A stretch of DNA of 64,000 nucleotides from Lingula anatina (Eukaryota > Animalia > Brachiopoda). The notes below the pieces were generated by a model, which had not been told where the DNA came from, did not search any database, and saw only the letters and a program-made list of their open reading frames with translations. Each line of letters begins with the position of its first letter. Within the stretch, counting starts at the first letter, position 1. The DNA lies in assembly GCA_051362555.1 (NCBI GenBank), contig CM120640.1, forward strand, positions 23,112,225 to 23,176,224, in the 5' to 3' direction. A program made the position numbers and the translations under genes. Shown here piece after piece: positions 26,691-58,504 of this stretch.

Positions 26691-26940
26691 AATCGAGGTC
26701 AATGTACACCCACCAAAAATCACGTGACAAGGTTCAACAAACGGCACGGTGAACTAATGACGCGCTTGACATAATTCCCTATGAATTTGAGATTAAATTT
26801 ATCCTTAAGTTAAAATATTAAAAGTCAAAAACGTTTTTCTGTTTTCAATTGTCAGTATTATTTTTCAAGATTTTTGCTGCGTGCCGCCAGTACGTCATCT
26901 CCTAGGAGACCAAGAGCGAAAAATAGCTTCAAGATGGCCG
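26690..26940. promoter_or_regulatory. Bidirectional promoter shared by AP2A (-) and DCDC1 (+)
   Basis: CpG-rich interval between two divergent first exons. Contains E-box TCACGTGAC (26720-26728), CRE-like TACGTCA (26891-26897), RFX X-box-like ATCTCCTAGGAGAC (26897-26910) and YY1-like CAAGATGGCC (26930-26939). Confidence 0.65.
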
Positions 26941-27056
26941 TCTGCAATGACAAAAGAGGGGTGTTGCAGTTATAATTCAGTGATTCCTAGCTATTATAGC
27001 TATATTTTTCGGGAGTGACCACTTGCATTCAAGTATAGAATATATTTCAAGTTGAG
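26900..27056 (+). other. Probable non-coding first exon of DCDC1
   Basis: Donor GAG|GTAGGA at 27056/27057 downstream of the X-box and YY1 motifs. The DCDC1 ATG exon starts with an acceptor (33748), so an upstream exon is required. Confidence 0.5.
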
Positions 27057-30000
27057 GTAGGAGTAATATGCATGTGTTTGTTCCTAAGGGGCTTATAAAT
27101 ATCCGCAACTAGAACAAAGTTATTACATTGAATTTGAGTAACAACGTCAACAGGTGCCCCAATATGATAAAACTTGAATATAGTCCAAATAACAATCACG
27201 AGTGTTACCCTTCCTAATAACTAAGGGCACAATAAAAAGTCATTGTTTGTATAAGAGCGATTATTTTCACCCTACTGTTTCGTGAGACATTGCATTACTT
27301 GTCTTAAAAACAAAACAGATCAACTAACATACAATAATATTACATGTAGAACTCACACGTTTTTCCTAACAGTGCTATGGACATGAAATTTGGTACTCAG
27401 ATTGTCACTTATCTGAGTATCAATAGAATTTTAAATTTTAAGGCATCTCATTTATGTCAGATGATATTCATTTTGCCATTTTTTTTGTAGATGTCATCAA
27501 AAAATTTAGTCAAAATTTGTCCAACTTGATTTTCAGCCCTTAAATATTGCCATGGGCACATTTGATTACAATAAGTCAAGGACATAGGTAAAAGCTCACA
27601 GTTTATATTTTGGTTTTATGATTTTCCCAAGCAGATTAAAATGTATGTGAAAAAGGCAAAGTGAAAGAGTTGTGGTCTACAATGGAATATGAGAAAAAAG
27701 AGTTTAATATTGTGGTTATGTAATATAGTGTTTCTATGTAATGGTGCAGGGGTGGGGGGTAAATACCATAATGATGGAAGGGGGCATCCATGTTGGTAAT
27801 ATCATAAATTTGTTAAGAAGAGTAGAGATACAATGAAATAACAATGTGGAGATTAATGATACACTGACTTAAAAAGAAATTATCCACAACAATAAATGTG
27901 AGTGAGAATCTGCTGATTGCATGTTAGTTTGTGGAGGTGTGTGCATTTGTTTGTGTGTGAATCTGTCTATGTTCTGATTCTCTTTCTGTTTTAGCCTAAG
28001 CTATTTGCTTCTTAACTCAGCACTGAGTTGTATCTCAAACACCAATTTGGATAAAGAAAAGAATTGTCTATGCCTAAATTGTGGCATCAATAAGCATTGC
28101 AAGGCATTAAAAACTAAATATAATATTAAAAATATTAAAATATCTAAAGATGAGACACTGTAAAAAGAAATGTCTTGATATGATTATGTGAAGATGGAGC
28201 ACTAGATGATCTTGAAAGTCAGGTCTGCTACCAGTAGGATAAACAATTGATCTTAAAGATCTGCCAAAACACTTTGGGAAGAAGTCTTTATAAGAAAGGG
28301 GGTTGTAAGTTTGAGCTTGGGCTTTTGGGAAAAAATGTCAAAATATATGGCTGATCAGTTTCTTAAAACTGCCCACCCAGAGAGCATGTAACATGTGTGA
28401 TGCATGTATGCAGCATGAGCAGCATATAAAGTTTCAATAAATGATTCATTGTTTTATAAATCTCAGCTAGGACCTACCTAGTTCTCAGTCATAAACTAGC
28501 TAAAGGCTCTGTCACACCTAATGTAAAGTGGTACATATGTGACATTGATTATATGCACAACTTTGAGCCTATGAAATCATTCAGTTTCAAGCATATCAAA
28601 ATGAAGATATAAGCAGCATAAAAAAATTGCCTTTGAACATCTTCTAAACATTATCTCTCTTGTGTTTGCCAATGTACATCATCTTTTGGCTGGGTACTCG
28701 AGATGTATACAACATATTTAGGGCAGTTTTCCCATACGTTAGTGCTATACTAAAGGTGTGACAGTACATAAAGGGAGGAAGTGCTGTGGGGGATTGCAAT
28801 AGGTGTTCTTTGTTGAATTCATGAATGTGTTTTTTTTTTATTTTGAATGTGATTGCCTGCAGTTTTTCACACATATAAAAATTATCATTTTCATTATCTT
28901 TAATAAAAATTTTTGTCACTTAGTCCAGTTTCAGATTGTGCCATATGCTTGCGTTGGTTTTATATAAATAGAATTATTTAAGACATTGTTATTTATAATC
29001 CTTGCATATATTTGATTACCGTATTATGATTATTTTTATGATTAATATAGCTGTAGTGATTTTTGATATGCTCAAGATTGAAAATGTGTTTGAATAAGTA
29101 AGCTGTGTAAGTATGATGCCTTAAAAGATAAACTTTATGTTTACAAAATGATTAACATATATATATATATATATATTGATTATCTGGCATCTTTTTTAAG
29201 TTCTTAACAATTAGCGACATGTAACATCAAAATCTAGTGATTAATATTAGTAAACTGTGCATGACATGTGGAGGTAAAGAAGAGGATTGCATGTTTAAGT
29301 TTGCCATTCAAGCTTTAAACACGATTTTTGAATCTGCCAGGATGTCAGTACACAAAGGCTTACCTACTGAGCCAGTTATGCTGATTACCCCAATCCTGTT
29401 GACAGTGTACATAGTAACATGGGAATACAGCTTGGTTATGTCTCAACCAATAGGATTTCCCATGACTGTCTGTAGTTTATTGCAATGGTAGTTAAGGAAA
29501 TGATATATTGGTCATGATGAGCCAGTGGGATTTGATGGATGTTGGACTAGATAGCACATAAATCCACTGTTTTACCTGGACATAGATAGGGGTTGCTTCT
29601 GGTGATGATTACCAGGAGAATATGCCATAAGCCTCGTGAGGAACATATAATGTGAGATAGAGCATTATGCTGTCAGTAGTGGTAAAACATTAATTCAGCT
29701 GTACTGGCATAGTGATTTAACCCATACTCAGAGAAATATGAAAGGCAGTGGCTTAAACAGAAATAGTAGAAAAGTCACATTTCTTTCACCAGTGTTGATG
29801 GTACTCACAGAAAATCAGAAGGACCACAGCAAAAAGGTCTGTCATTTATCTTATTTTTGTTAGATACATATATTAGAATATGTTCATTTAGGGAAGAAAT
29901 AGAAAAAGCTCTAATATTACTGTTTCTGTTTTGTATAATATCGGTATATATTTTGTGGCATCTTGTTTTTACCCTTTCCTTTCTTGCTTCTTGTTCAAAT

Positions 30001-30445
30001 TTGAAGATTTCATGACTAATCATAGGCAGTATAACCGGTTCTGCAACCTTGGTATATATCCTTTTCAAATTTGTGGAATAATGCCATCAATATGCTTCAG
30101 TGACATTGCACAAAAGAAATAAATGAATACAGTTTTATATTAACATAACATGCTAAGAAAATATGAAATGTGGGTTGCACTTCATTTGTAACTTTTGAAT
30201 GTATACTACTGTAGTATATTTGTTAGCTCAAAGTAGCATATTTCTAAGTTTTATTTGAGTTAATATTATGTGTTGAATCTGTTTTATGTTCTTAATGTTG
30301 TGTCATTTACTTAAAAATAGATTGAACATCTGAAAAAAATTTTGAGAGGATTTTAAATACAAAACTTTTTAAATCATCCAATTAGCCACCGGGTACTGAA
30401 ATTACCCTTTCCAGTCAATTGATGAGGTATGATAAGTTTGGTTAA

Positions 30446-33223
30446 AGGGTTTGCTTCATGCCGTCAGAATGGCCTGAACGGAACATATTCTTCAGAAAAC
30501 ATGCCCAACTAACGATATCTTTATCCAAATACACAAATTAAAAGCTCATTTGGTAAATTTTTGGCTTTAAAAAACGTCCTATTTGCTCGGCCTGGGAGTT
30601 AATGAGCTACGTGGTCACGTGGTCCAATGACGACAATCGAGCCACTGGAGAACAGAGCGTGCTTAGCTGTCAAACTGAGCTGCATTGTCTACCTGTAAGA
30701 TGACTTCTCTGGCTTCTGATAAAAGTTTATACTCATTCAAATCTCTTACCCGAGGGGTCTAAATCCTCGTGAAGCTGTGTAAAACCATTTCCCGTCTAGT
30801 CATTTCTTTAACAAGCATTTCATTATGGTTATCCCAAGTTGTATAAAACACTGCATTTGAATGAGTTAAGGGAAATGTTGATTATTGCATATGAGGTCCA
30901 TGTTATTTGTGAAATTCAATTTATTTTATTAAACCGCTGACACTCCGTCTTGCATACTTTTATTAAACTGAGGTAAACAATGCCCGTTACCTTTACAAGT
31001 CCTATCTTAATCATCCATCTACCTGGAACTTCCTTTACCTCTTAATTAGAGGGTTAAATGGCATTCAATTTGTCTTGCTTGTATCGAACGCACTCTCTAT
31101 CTAAGCTTTAGTCCAGTTATCTCAGGTAAAAATCTACCTGTGCGTTAGTTACAAAGCGCAGCTCCCGTAGACCTGGGGGTACTAGATAAAATCTGAACAC
31201 CAGGTTTATCGAGGAGCAAGAGAAAGAAAGGAAAATTTTTTCCTGCACAACTTCATAGGAATTTTAACACGGACTTGATCCAGCTTAGACCTCCAAACTA
31301 ACAGGGTGACATGGGCAATTTTCACAAACAAATCATAAAACTATATTTCAGTTAACCGCCTTTAAAATAAATATACCGTTCTGGGTAAATTAAAATAGTT
31401 ATTAAATCGCAAGAATATTTTTGACTTAAATGATGATTTTATTATTAATGGAAATTAAGCTACTATATGAGGTACATTTGCTGTGATTACGCTGTCCTTC
31501 ATGTTTTGCGTAAGTCTACATTTTGCTGTATGTGCTTGTAATCTTTTTAAATATGTGCGTACAATTTTTGCAGGTCTGGTTACCCCCCTGTTATGTGATG
31601 AGAGTATTAATTTGGCAATTAGTTCCTTAGCTTATTTGAATAGAATTGCAGTGTAAAATTTTCAACAAGATGTTGGCGAAATAGCCCATTACTCTTTGTA
31701 GGTATTTCCCCCGTCAAAGTTTGTCTAAAATTATCTTTCAATCTTTACTCTTTCAAAGACAGTATAAAGTTACCTGACATATTTTCGTGTAAACTTAATG
31801 ACAAGCCAAGTGTCTCCAGTTCATTCCGTACTCAATTTTACCCAAGCAAATTTTTTTCTTGAGTAGATCTTTATAGCACGGTGTTATAAGCTTACAAATT
31901 TGCAAAAAAAAAAAAATTGCGTACTGACGCAGAATTTGCGTTTCAAGTTATAAAATAATCAATCTTTTAAAGCAATAATAACTCTTCGTTTCGGCCAAAA
32001 AATGAATTTTCCTGGAGTAAACAACAATTTTCCCATACTTACCAATGGTTAATGAATCCATTTTTACATTCAAAGTTAGTCCCTGGTTTTTTTCTAAAAA
32101 GTTTGGTTTTTTGTTAAAATCTCTTAAGAGATTTTAACAGAGTATAGATATCAATGGAGGTCACGTGGTCTAAAGACAAGTTCAAATATCAGAATAAAAG
32201 CTATAACTGCTGTTTTTGTGGTAAAACAGAATATATTATATTTCTATGAGTTATTCACAAGGTTTTTATTGTGAAATGTAGGTCTCATACAAAGAGTTAT
32301 TATGCCTTTAAATTATTTAATATTTCAGATGAAATAATCTTCAGAAACAAATCCTCAAAGCATAAACGAATTAGGATAACGAACCATTTTATTATAGCAG
32401 TTCCCATTTTTTCTTTAATATAACGCTCTTTTTCCTGTTTTTCCTCAACACGTTTTCTTCCACGGAAGCTTCAAGATACCCTGAGAGCAATTTCTTTTAT
32501 TAATGTTCGCGACCGTGTTTGAACTTAATTGTTTAAGTATTGATATTTAACGTCATTTACAAATACCAAAAAAATAACCCCATGAAATAAATGAGATATA
32601 TTGAAAAATATGAAAGCCCACCAAGACGAGTTTCATACCTGTTATTACCTGGCTTGGGAATTGCAGCGGTGCATAATTAACAGGTTTGTTGTAAACGAGC
32701 TTTTGGTCAACTACAATGCATTTAAAATGCATCAGCAATCAGTAAGTTTGCCAACTGATGACAGTTAATCTGAAAGACTACCAGCTCTTGATATGATCTA
32801 AACCACCTGAGGTGACGATGATCTAGAGCATCGCAACTATTGTCACCGAAGTTAGTAAGTAAGTCACGGAAGACCGTCACAGACAAAGAAATATTGTCAA
32901 CGAGAGCTGCAATTTTGGTGAATCCCACGGCAACACACCGAGGCATAACGAAAATTCCTCAAACTTCCTAACTATGCACCATGCAGCTCAGTTGAGTCTC
33001 ATAGACCTTTATCGTGATTGTCGTCACAGTACCACGTGACCCAGATCTGTTGCTTCATTTTTGCATATTGAGGTGAGGTTTACTAAAACGCTTTTTTTTC
33101 TACTAATAGATTGTTTTTATAATTTTTAAATGGCGGGGATCGATTAAAACATACCTCTAGTGTATAGATTGAGTGCTGTATCTTCAAAATTCGAGAAATG
33201 GATTTTTACATGAACATTGTCCT
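30446..33223. mobile_element. TTAA-flanked non-autonomous DNA transposon (Kolobok-like) in DCDC1 intron 1
   Basis: Ends are TTAA|AGGGTTTGCTTCATG and CATGAACATTGTCCT|TTAA (imperfect TIRs). Inverted subterminal motif GGTCACGTGG...TGACGACAATC at 30613-30638 and 33016-33041. A minus-strand ORF at 32946 starts MPRCVAVG, resembling a THAP-domain N-terminus. The interior is CpG-rich. Confidence 0.6.
31971..32307. mobile_element. ~340-bp TTAA-flanked MITE, copy 1 (nested in the Kolobok-like element)
   Basis: TIR ATAATAACTCTTCGT / ACAAAGAGTTATTAT with TTAA on both sides. Closely similar copy at 62060-62397. Confidence 0.85.
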
Positions 33224-33757
33224 TTAAGTTAATAATTAAAATTTTAAAGAATTGAAAGAGAGCTAACAATTATATATATCTTATTGTTAGAATATTTCTT
33301 GAATGTAGTATACACAAAAAATAGTGGTAGAAAAATAATTGTTTATTTCCATTGTCGGGGTATGTAATTCTGGGTACATTCTCTATCACTGTGAAATGTC
33401 TGCTAATATTACCTTGTGCTCACAGCAAAGAACATTAAGATCAGTTATGTTCATTTAGTTGCACTTACATAAGTGATAAACCTGGAATACTTGTGTGATA
33501 CACTAGGATGAAGTGTCATTATTAAAACATATCCTTATGAGCTTTCTGAATGTAATATGCCCTGAAAAGAGTAAAAAAAAGTATGGTAGATATTTTGCAA
33601 AGAGGTGTATGGACTTGATGTCAGTAAATTAATTGAAAAAAAAAAAAAACGTGGAAATTGTTATCTCAAAACTGCATTTCCTTCAATTAGTTAGCATACT
33701 ACAGTTTTTTTCTTTTCTTTGATTTAAAATGCCATCAAATTTTTTCAGACCAGCACC

Positions 33758-52775
<19,018 letters not shown>

Positions 52776-54126
52776 AGAAGCAGGGCAGATTGTGACATAA
52801 GATGTGCCCTTGAGTAATGCAGTTTATCGCTGGGATTAACGCCAATGTCTCTCCCCATGAAATATGCTTTATAGCTTTTGATAAATGTGTTTGTCATAAT
52901 GCCAAACATTGTATAACTTGTAACATATATTATTAATACATAAAACATCATACTCAGTTCTTTTGTGTATGATAATATTCAGAAAATGTTTATAATTATT
53001 GTTATTATATTGGATTGGTATTATATTTCAAAGGATGTAAAATAGTAGTTAAAACTTAATAATATATGATATATTTTTTTTCCTATGCATGTAGCCCTGC
53101 TTTATGCAGGAGCATGATGTATTCTGGCTATGCATTACAGGGTTGTTGCAGCATGCATCTCTTGACAATTTATTACATTCCTGCTATTACCACATATATG
53201 ATAATGCAATATGCTTTGTCAAATATCACTACATGGGAACAAAACAGAAACAGTGATGATCTCATTTATGATTTTAAAAAAAACATCCCAGAGTTTTGGT
53301 TCCCATCTTCAATGAGACTGTACAACGTTAATGGCTTTTGGGGCCAGTGTTCTTGGAACTGAACACATTTCACAACTGATTTCATAAACACTGCATTTGT
53401 ACATATATACGTCAATTAGAGATATTTATATTTTTTGTAAGTCGCATGCTTATTTTTTTTTCTTTTGACTTTTTGATTAAGCTTTTATTTTTTCATTTCC
53501 GTCCATATTTTTTTAAAAGTACAGAGCCCTGTTTCCATTTTTTTAAAAGCTCAATTCAGTATGTTTATACACATCTGTTAATCTGTGCAATATTTTCTCC
53601 CAGCATTTTACAAAGCAAACTTGTAAATTACTATGGTTCACTTGAATTATCCATTCTTAATGGAAAAAGTCTAACAGTAAAGCAGTCGTCTCCCTCAGGT
53701 TTCACCATATGATGATATAATGGGGTATTGTGTGCACATTTCAAATTTCAAGCTTTTAATTTGAAACAATTTTATAGGTGTTCATTTTACAACATGGTTA
53801 TATATCTGATATGAACCATGTGCTTACTTTGAAGCAAAACTATGATAAAAAAACAAGTATTTTTGGATGATAAAGGTTCCTATTATTATGTTTAAGTACC
53901 AAATGTTTTAAATATGCTTTTATTTGAGACTGATTTTTATCTTCTTATTTTCACTGTGATAAATGTATTCACCCTTTTTGTCTCACAATTTTTTTTTGGT
54001 TTTTACTGTGCTGTTTCTTTTATGCAACAATTTTTTTTCCGCATATTATATACATATATTAGAATTTTTTATAATTTTAGATGAAGTTAGTTAAGCCAAT
54101 GTAAAATATGAATAAGCAAACATTAG

Positions 54127-54142
54127 AATAAATTCCTTTATT
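54127..54142. terminator. Back-to-back polyadenylation signals (AATAAA on + at 54127-54132; AATAAA on - at 54137-54142)
   Basis: Sequence AATAAATTCCTTTATT lies between the convergent DCDC1 and lysozyme-like gene 3' ends. Usage is unverified. Confidence 0.45.
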
Positions 54143-54491
54143 ATATAGTGCAAATATCGTTTTCCATTCACCATTGTTAAAAAAAAAAAAGAAGTACCCG
54201 ATAGACTGATACTAAAATCTCATGGAGCTATTCTTTTTAAAAGATATTGCATTTTATATTGAATGAGAGATGAAGTATCCAGCTATTTTGAAGATTATTA
54301 TTATTTGAACCTAGTTCAAATGCCAGGTATTTCAACATATTAGAATATAGTCTTTAAAAGAGTGGTACGTACTATGTAATATTCATAACAACAATAATAT
54401 ACCAAAAACATATTTATGCAAAAGTCTGGTTTTACTAGAGACACCGTGTACAGTAGTACGTGCTAACCAAAATATCTATTGTTTGCTTAGT

Positions 54492-55278
54492 TTATTTCTC
54501 CAAAACCGCAACATCATCAATGAACTTCTGTGGCGTCCCCGCTCCACTCCCGGTATTGTAATACTTTCTTCCAGTATTCAGCCTGTCCTCTCACGTCTGC
54601 AGGAACGGCTGCAGGAATATTGGACAGAACCAGACGCGCTGCCAGGCCGGAGTAGAGGGGTTTAAGGAGGTCTGACCACTGGGCGGCAGGCCAGTCTATG
54701 CCGAACTTTTGTTTGATGCCAGCATGTTTTGCGTTAAGTCCAGGGTGACTGCCAGTGTCTTGGGTGGCTTGAAACCCAAGCAGATCAACCTATACAGATA
54801 AAGGAAAACCCAGTAACGATCGGGATATCTATAAAATGCCAGTTCTGAAGCACTTATTTTCCCCTCAAGTCAGTTTCGTTTTATGCAAAAAAAAAAAAAA
54901 AACTATCATTATCCCCGCTGACTCAAATAATACCCGCAGTTGCTATGTCAAGTTTCATAACTCTTTTTTTCAGAAAAAAATAGCGTGAATATCAATAAGA
55001 CTGGCGGCAACAAATTGACGCAGCGGTAGCAGCTAACGCCATGGATATCAATACAAAAACAACGCCAAATCAATACGTGCCATATGTTAGCTATGACTCA
55101 CCTGCCAAATTCCGCCGTAGTAATTAGGTCGGTAGGTGTTTCGGTCAGTTCCGTCTTTGGACTCTACGTAAGCTATTCTACGAAGGAGTTTCTTATCATC
55201 AGGAAATAAACTCAAATTATGAATCTGTTTAACCACGCTTTCCACGACATGTGAGCCGGATCCTCTGACGTCTGTCAT
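54492..55278 (-). CDS. Stand-alone lysozyme-fold-like protein (~157 aa if repaired), two exons, with a 1-nt frameshift near 54565-54567 (pseudogene or assembly error)
   Basis: Exon 55102-55278 encodes MTDVRGSGSHVVESVVKQIHNLSLFPDDKKLLRRIAYVESKDGTDRNTYRPNYYGGIWQ. Exon 54492-54789 encodes VDLLGFQATQDTGSHPGL...KPLYSGLAARLVLSNI...GQAEYWKK/YYNTGSGAGTPQKFIDDVAVLEK*. By manual count 65/98 residues are identical to the paralogue exon at 63449-63749, with the same acceptor position before VD. Confidence 0.8.
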
Positions 55279-55366
55279 CTTATTGTTGATGTATTTTTGA
55301 TAACGGGTGCTGATTATCACGCAGATCTGTCCTCGGTGGTACTAACTTCCAGTCCGTATTCCACTC

Positions 55367-55547
55367 TTTATAATGCTGAATACGTTTTACGTTGATTTAG
55401 TAATGACTTCTAAGAACACTGAACTTAGTCAAGATTCAGTTTATAGCTATATTTGGCGAAAAAAACCACCCAAAATTCCAATATTTCGCTTGCATATGAA
55501 AATCCCGGAAAAAATCCCCTTTTCTATTTGTGATTAATGGATTCCCC
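55367..55547 (-). promoter_or_regulatory. TATA box plus cluster of kappa-B-like motifs upstream of the lysozyme-like gene
   Basis: Minus-strand TATAAA at 55367-55372, plus GGGATTTTC (55498-55506), GGGGATTTTTTCC (55507-55519) and GGGGAATCCA (55538-55547). Confidence 0.5.
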
Positions 55548-58504
55548 ACACCAAACCTCCATACCAACATACTACTAAACCTGGTACAATATGTAATATC
55601 AACTAATGCAGCAGGCAAAAAAAGAATAAAAATAGAAATATTAAAAATAAAAACATGCTGTTGCATATTTTCATGGCATATAACTTATTTAATCTTATTT
55701 TATTCAACTGTGGCAGATTAAAAACATAAATCAGTGCGTTTATTATGGTCACTCAAATGTCAGACATCTTGAAGATATACTATAATACTATAATTTTATG
55801 AAATATTCCAATAGAATATCAACGCTTTGCTTAGAAAAAGGTCAAACTCTTCCCAGGGATATTTAAAGAAGTAATAACTGACAGCCTTTAAAAGTGCTGC
55901 ACACGTCAACTACAGGGACTCAGGTGCACGCGTGACCTGTCACATTTGACTTTGTCTTAAAACACATACATACATTCTCAGGACCATCAAACACTCCAAA
56001 ATTTCTATTGTAATGCCATAATGTTGACGCAGCGTCCCTTGTGCGACCGGGATTTAAATTTCTTTTCTATTTTTTATTTTCATTTCAGGCAGCATTGTAC
56101 AAAAAATTATACGCAAAGTACGTGGCATGAATATAACTGCTATTATCTTTGCAAGCAAGGTCCAACAATGCGGCGGCCTTTTTTACTATGCCTTTTTTAT
56201 CCCCGCTGTGTTGGGCAGGTAGAGTTACAAGGATGCATCAAACTGACGCGGATAATCTGCACCGGAATGTGCACTGAAAGAATTTTAACACAAGTTGGAA
56301 ATCTACTTTCATTTCAGTTCAAGTGTCATAGTGGTGATTTCATGGCCGAATTACATTTTAGAAACTTCATATTTTCATTCAAATTATTTCAAAGTTTGGT
56401 AGAATTATGTCAGGGTCTGAGTTATAACCATTTACCTGAATCTCTTAATATATGGTACTCATTTTGTGAACCCTATATTACATTTGCCAGGTGCGCCGCA
56501 CGACGAAATCGTATTCGATTTTCCATACTTTTTTTTTTTTTTTTTTTTTTGGAGGGGGGGGCTGGAGGGGTATCGTAAGTAGCTACGGGCTATGGCGAGT
56601 ACATTTACATGACATGAGGGTACCGTGCCATTTCTCGGGCAGGGTCAAGTGAAGAAAAATCTTTTTTATTTTGAAAAGTGATTTAAAGGAGCCCTTTCGG
56701 TCTCAGTGCAGTTGCCGCACGCCTTTCGTGCGGCTTCCATGAATATCGATGCGTTGTTGTAACCCCTACGCTATTTTCATCCATGTGGTCAAGTTAAGTA
56801 AAATCACAATTTCAAATTTATACAAGTGAACTACAATAAGTTTTAGACATCTTTACCCTCGTCATGCCCTCTTAACCACAAAAGAAGGGAAGGAAATAGA
56901 CCAACAACAGGTCCAACCATTTTCATGATCACTGCAAGTCCACCAAATATGGCCATACGTACGGGATCTGTGCAAAGTCAAAGTACGAGGCAAAGTCAAA
57001 GTACGAGCTACGGACTACGGCCCACGGGCTTACGATTTCAAAGGTTTATCATAAGTTTTAGCCTGACAAAATCGTAGAGGCTACGGAGGCCGTCTGCCTC
57101 CGCACAGACGCCGCACGAAAAGGGATTTACGGGAAGATACATGAAGGCAGTATACGAAAATGTACAGACATAGCATGACAAAGATATCACGGTAAACAAT
57201 CCGGTGATCAATTTGTAAGGGAAGATTTCAGTTGCAGGATATAACTGTGGCTTCATCTCCTGCTTAAAGTGAAGTCAACCTCAGTTAAATTGCTTCAAAT
57301 GTATCTCTAGTAAATGCACCTTACTGAGGGTCAAAATATCTTATTATAGGAATCCCTTTTGATGTATTTTATGGGCTTCGTCCTGTATATAGGAAATAGA
57401 GAGAAATGTTTGTAGTCATTTAGATAGCCTGATTGCCAGTGGCGTTTTAGGAAACTCCATAACACAGACAGAGAAATAAATATAGGGGTCAATGAGACAG
57501 TAAACCAGGGAGTTAGTGAACAGACATGCTTATCTCTACAAAGCGAACTAAGACGTTATGATACATGTAGAAGCACGAAACCCAATATTTCATACCCAGC
57601 GAAAACGAAAATGATTTGAATCATTTGATACTCTAACTTAAAACTTTGGATTTCCTCATATCTCTTTCTTGAGACTTTGTTACGCGATGAATTTATACTT
57701 TAATAGTAACAATTTATCAATCTCCCACCTGCCTGATGTATATAGCTCAAAATCAGTTAGCATGATAAGTGTTGTAACACCTATTCTTAGACTACACACA
57801 GCTGATCAAAACAGCTGTGCAACAATGATGTTACACGAGTTCGGTATCTCAAGAATAAATGCAGACGGCCACGTTGCACACAGAAGCATATTAATTACTT
57901 AAGATCTACATGTACTTAAAGATGCCGGAATAAGCCAACGTTTTAAAAAAGATCGAGGAAAGAGAGATTTCCTTTTCATCAATACTGGATGTTGCTTTGA
58001 ATAAGCAATACCAACACGCTGAATTAGCACTTTCCAGGTAAACATTTGCCAGGATGATATGTGGTTGCGTAATCGAGGTCTTTTTCCATTAATTATGAGT
58101 GTGGAAACCACACAACGATATGCGTTGCCTGGAAAAGGAAAGCAAGATCAAGTTCTGGGAGTTATTTTAAGTTCACGCAGTTCTGAAATTCCTCAGTGTC
58201 AAATAAATCAAATCGGAACAAACAATTACGAGCGCCAAAAATTTTTAAATTATATCCAATTTCATGGCCCTAAACACTCCGAAATTACATGTTATTTCGT
58301 AATATTGATTTTTCTGTAATATTACAAGCAGCATTGCACAAAAGATTCTCCAATGCGCAGCAACATAAAAAGATTATACTCAATGCATAAAATGGAGACA
58401 TATAACTATCAGACGAGCTTCTATTAGATTCGTTTTTAATAAACACACACACACACCAAAACATTTAAGCTATGACCTTAGATTGAAATAACCAGTCCAG
58501 CCAA

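Noticed and set aside
29590-29680. GTGATGA C-box-like motif suggesting an intronic C/D snoRNA
   Set aside because: No appropriately placed CTGA D box or terminal stem.
56400-57260. CpG-rich stretch with small palindromes and short direct repeats, possibly a PIF/Harbinger-type relic; overlaps the 185-aa ORF at 56021-56578
   Set aside because: No matching pair of TIRs or TSD was found, and the ORF has no recognisable protein motifs.
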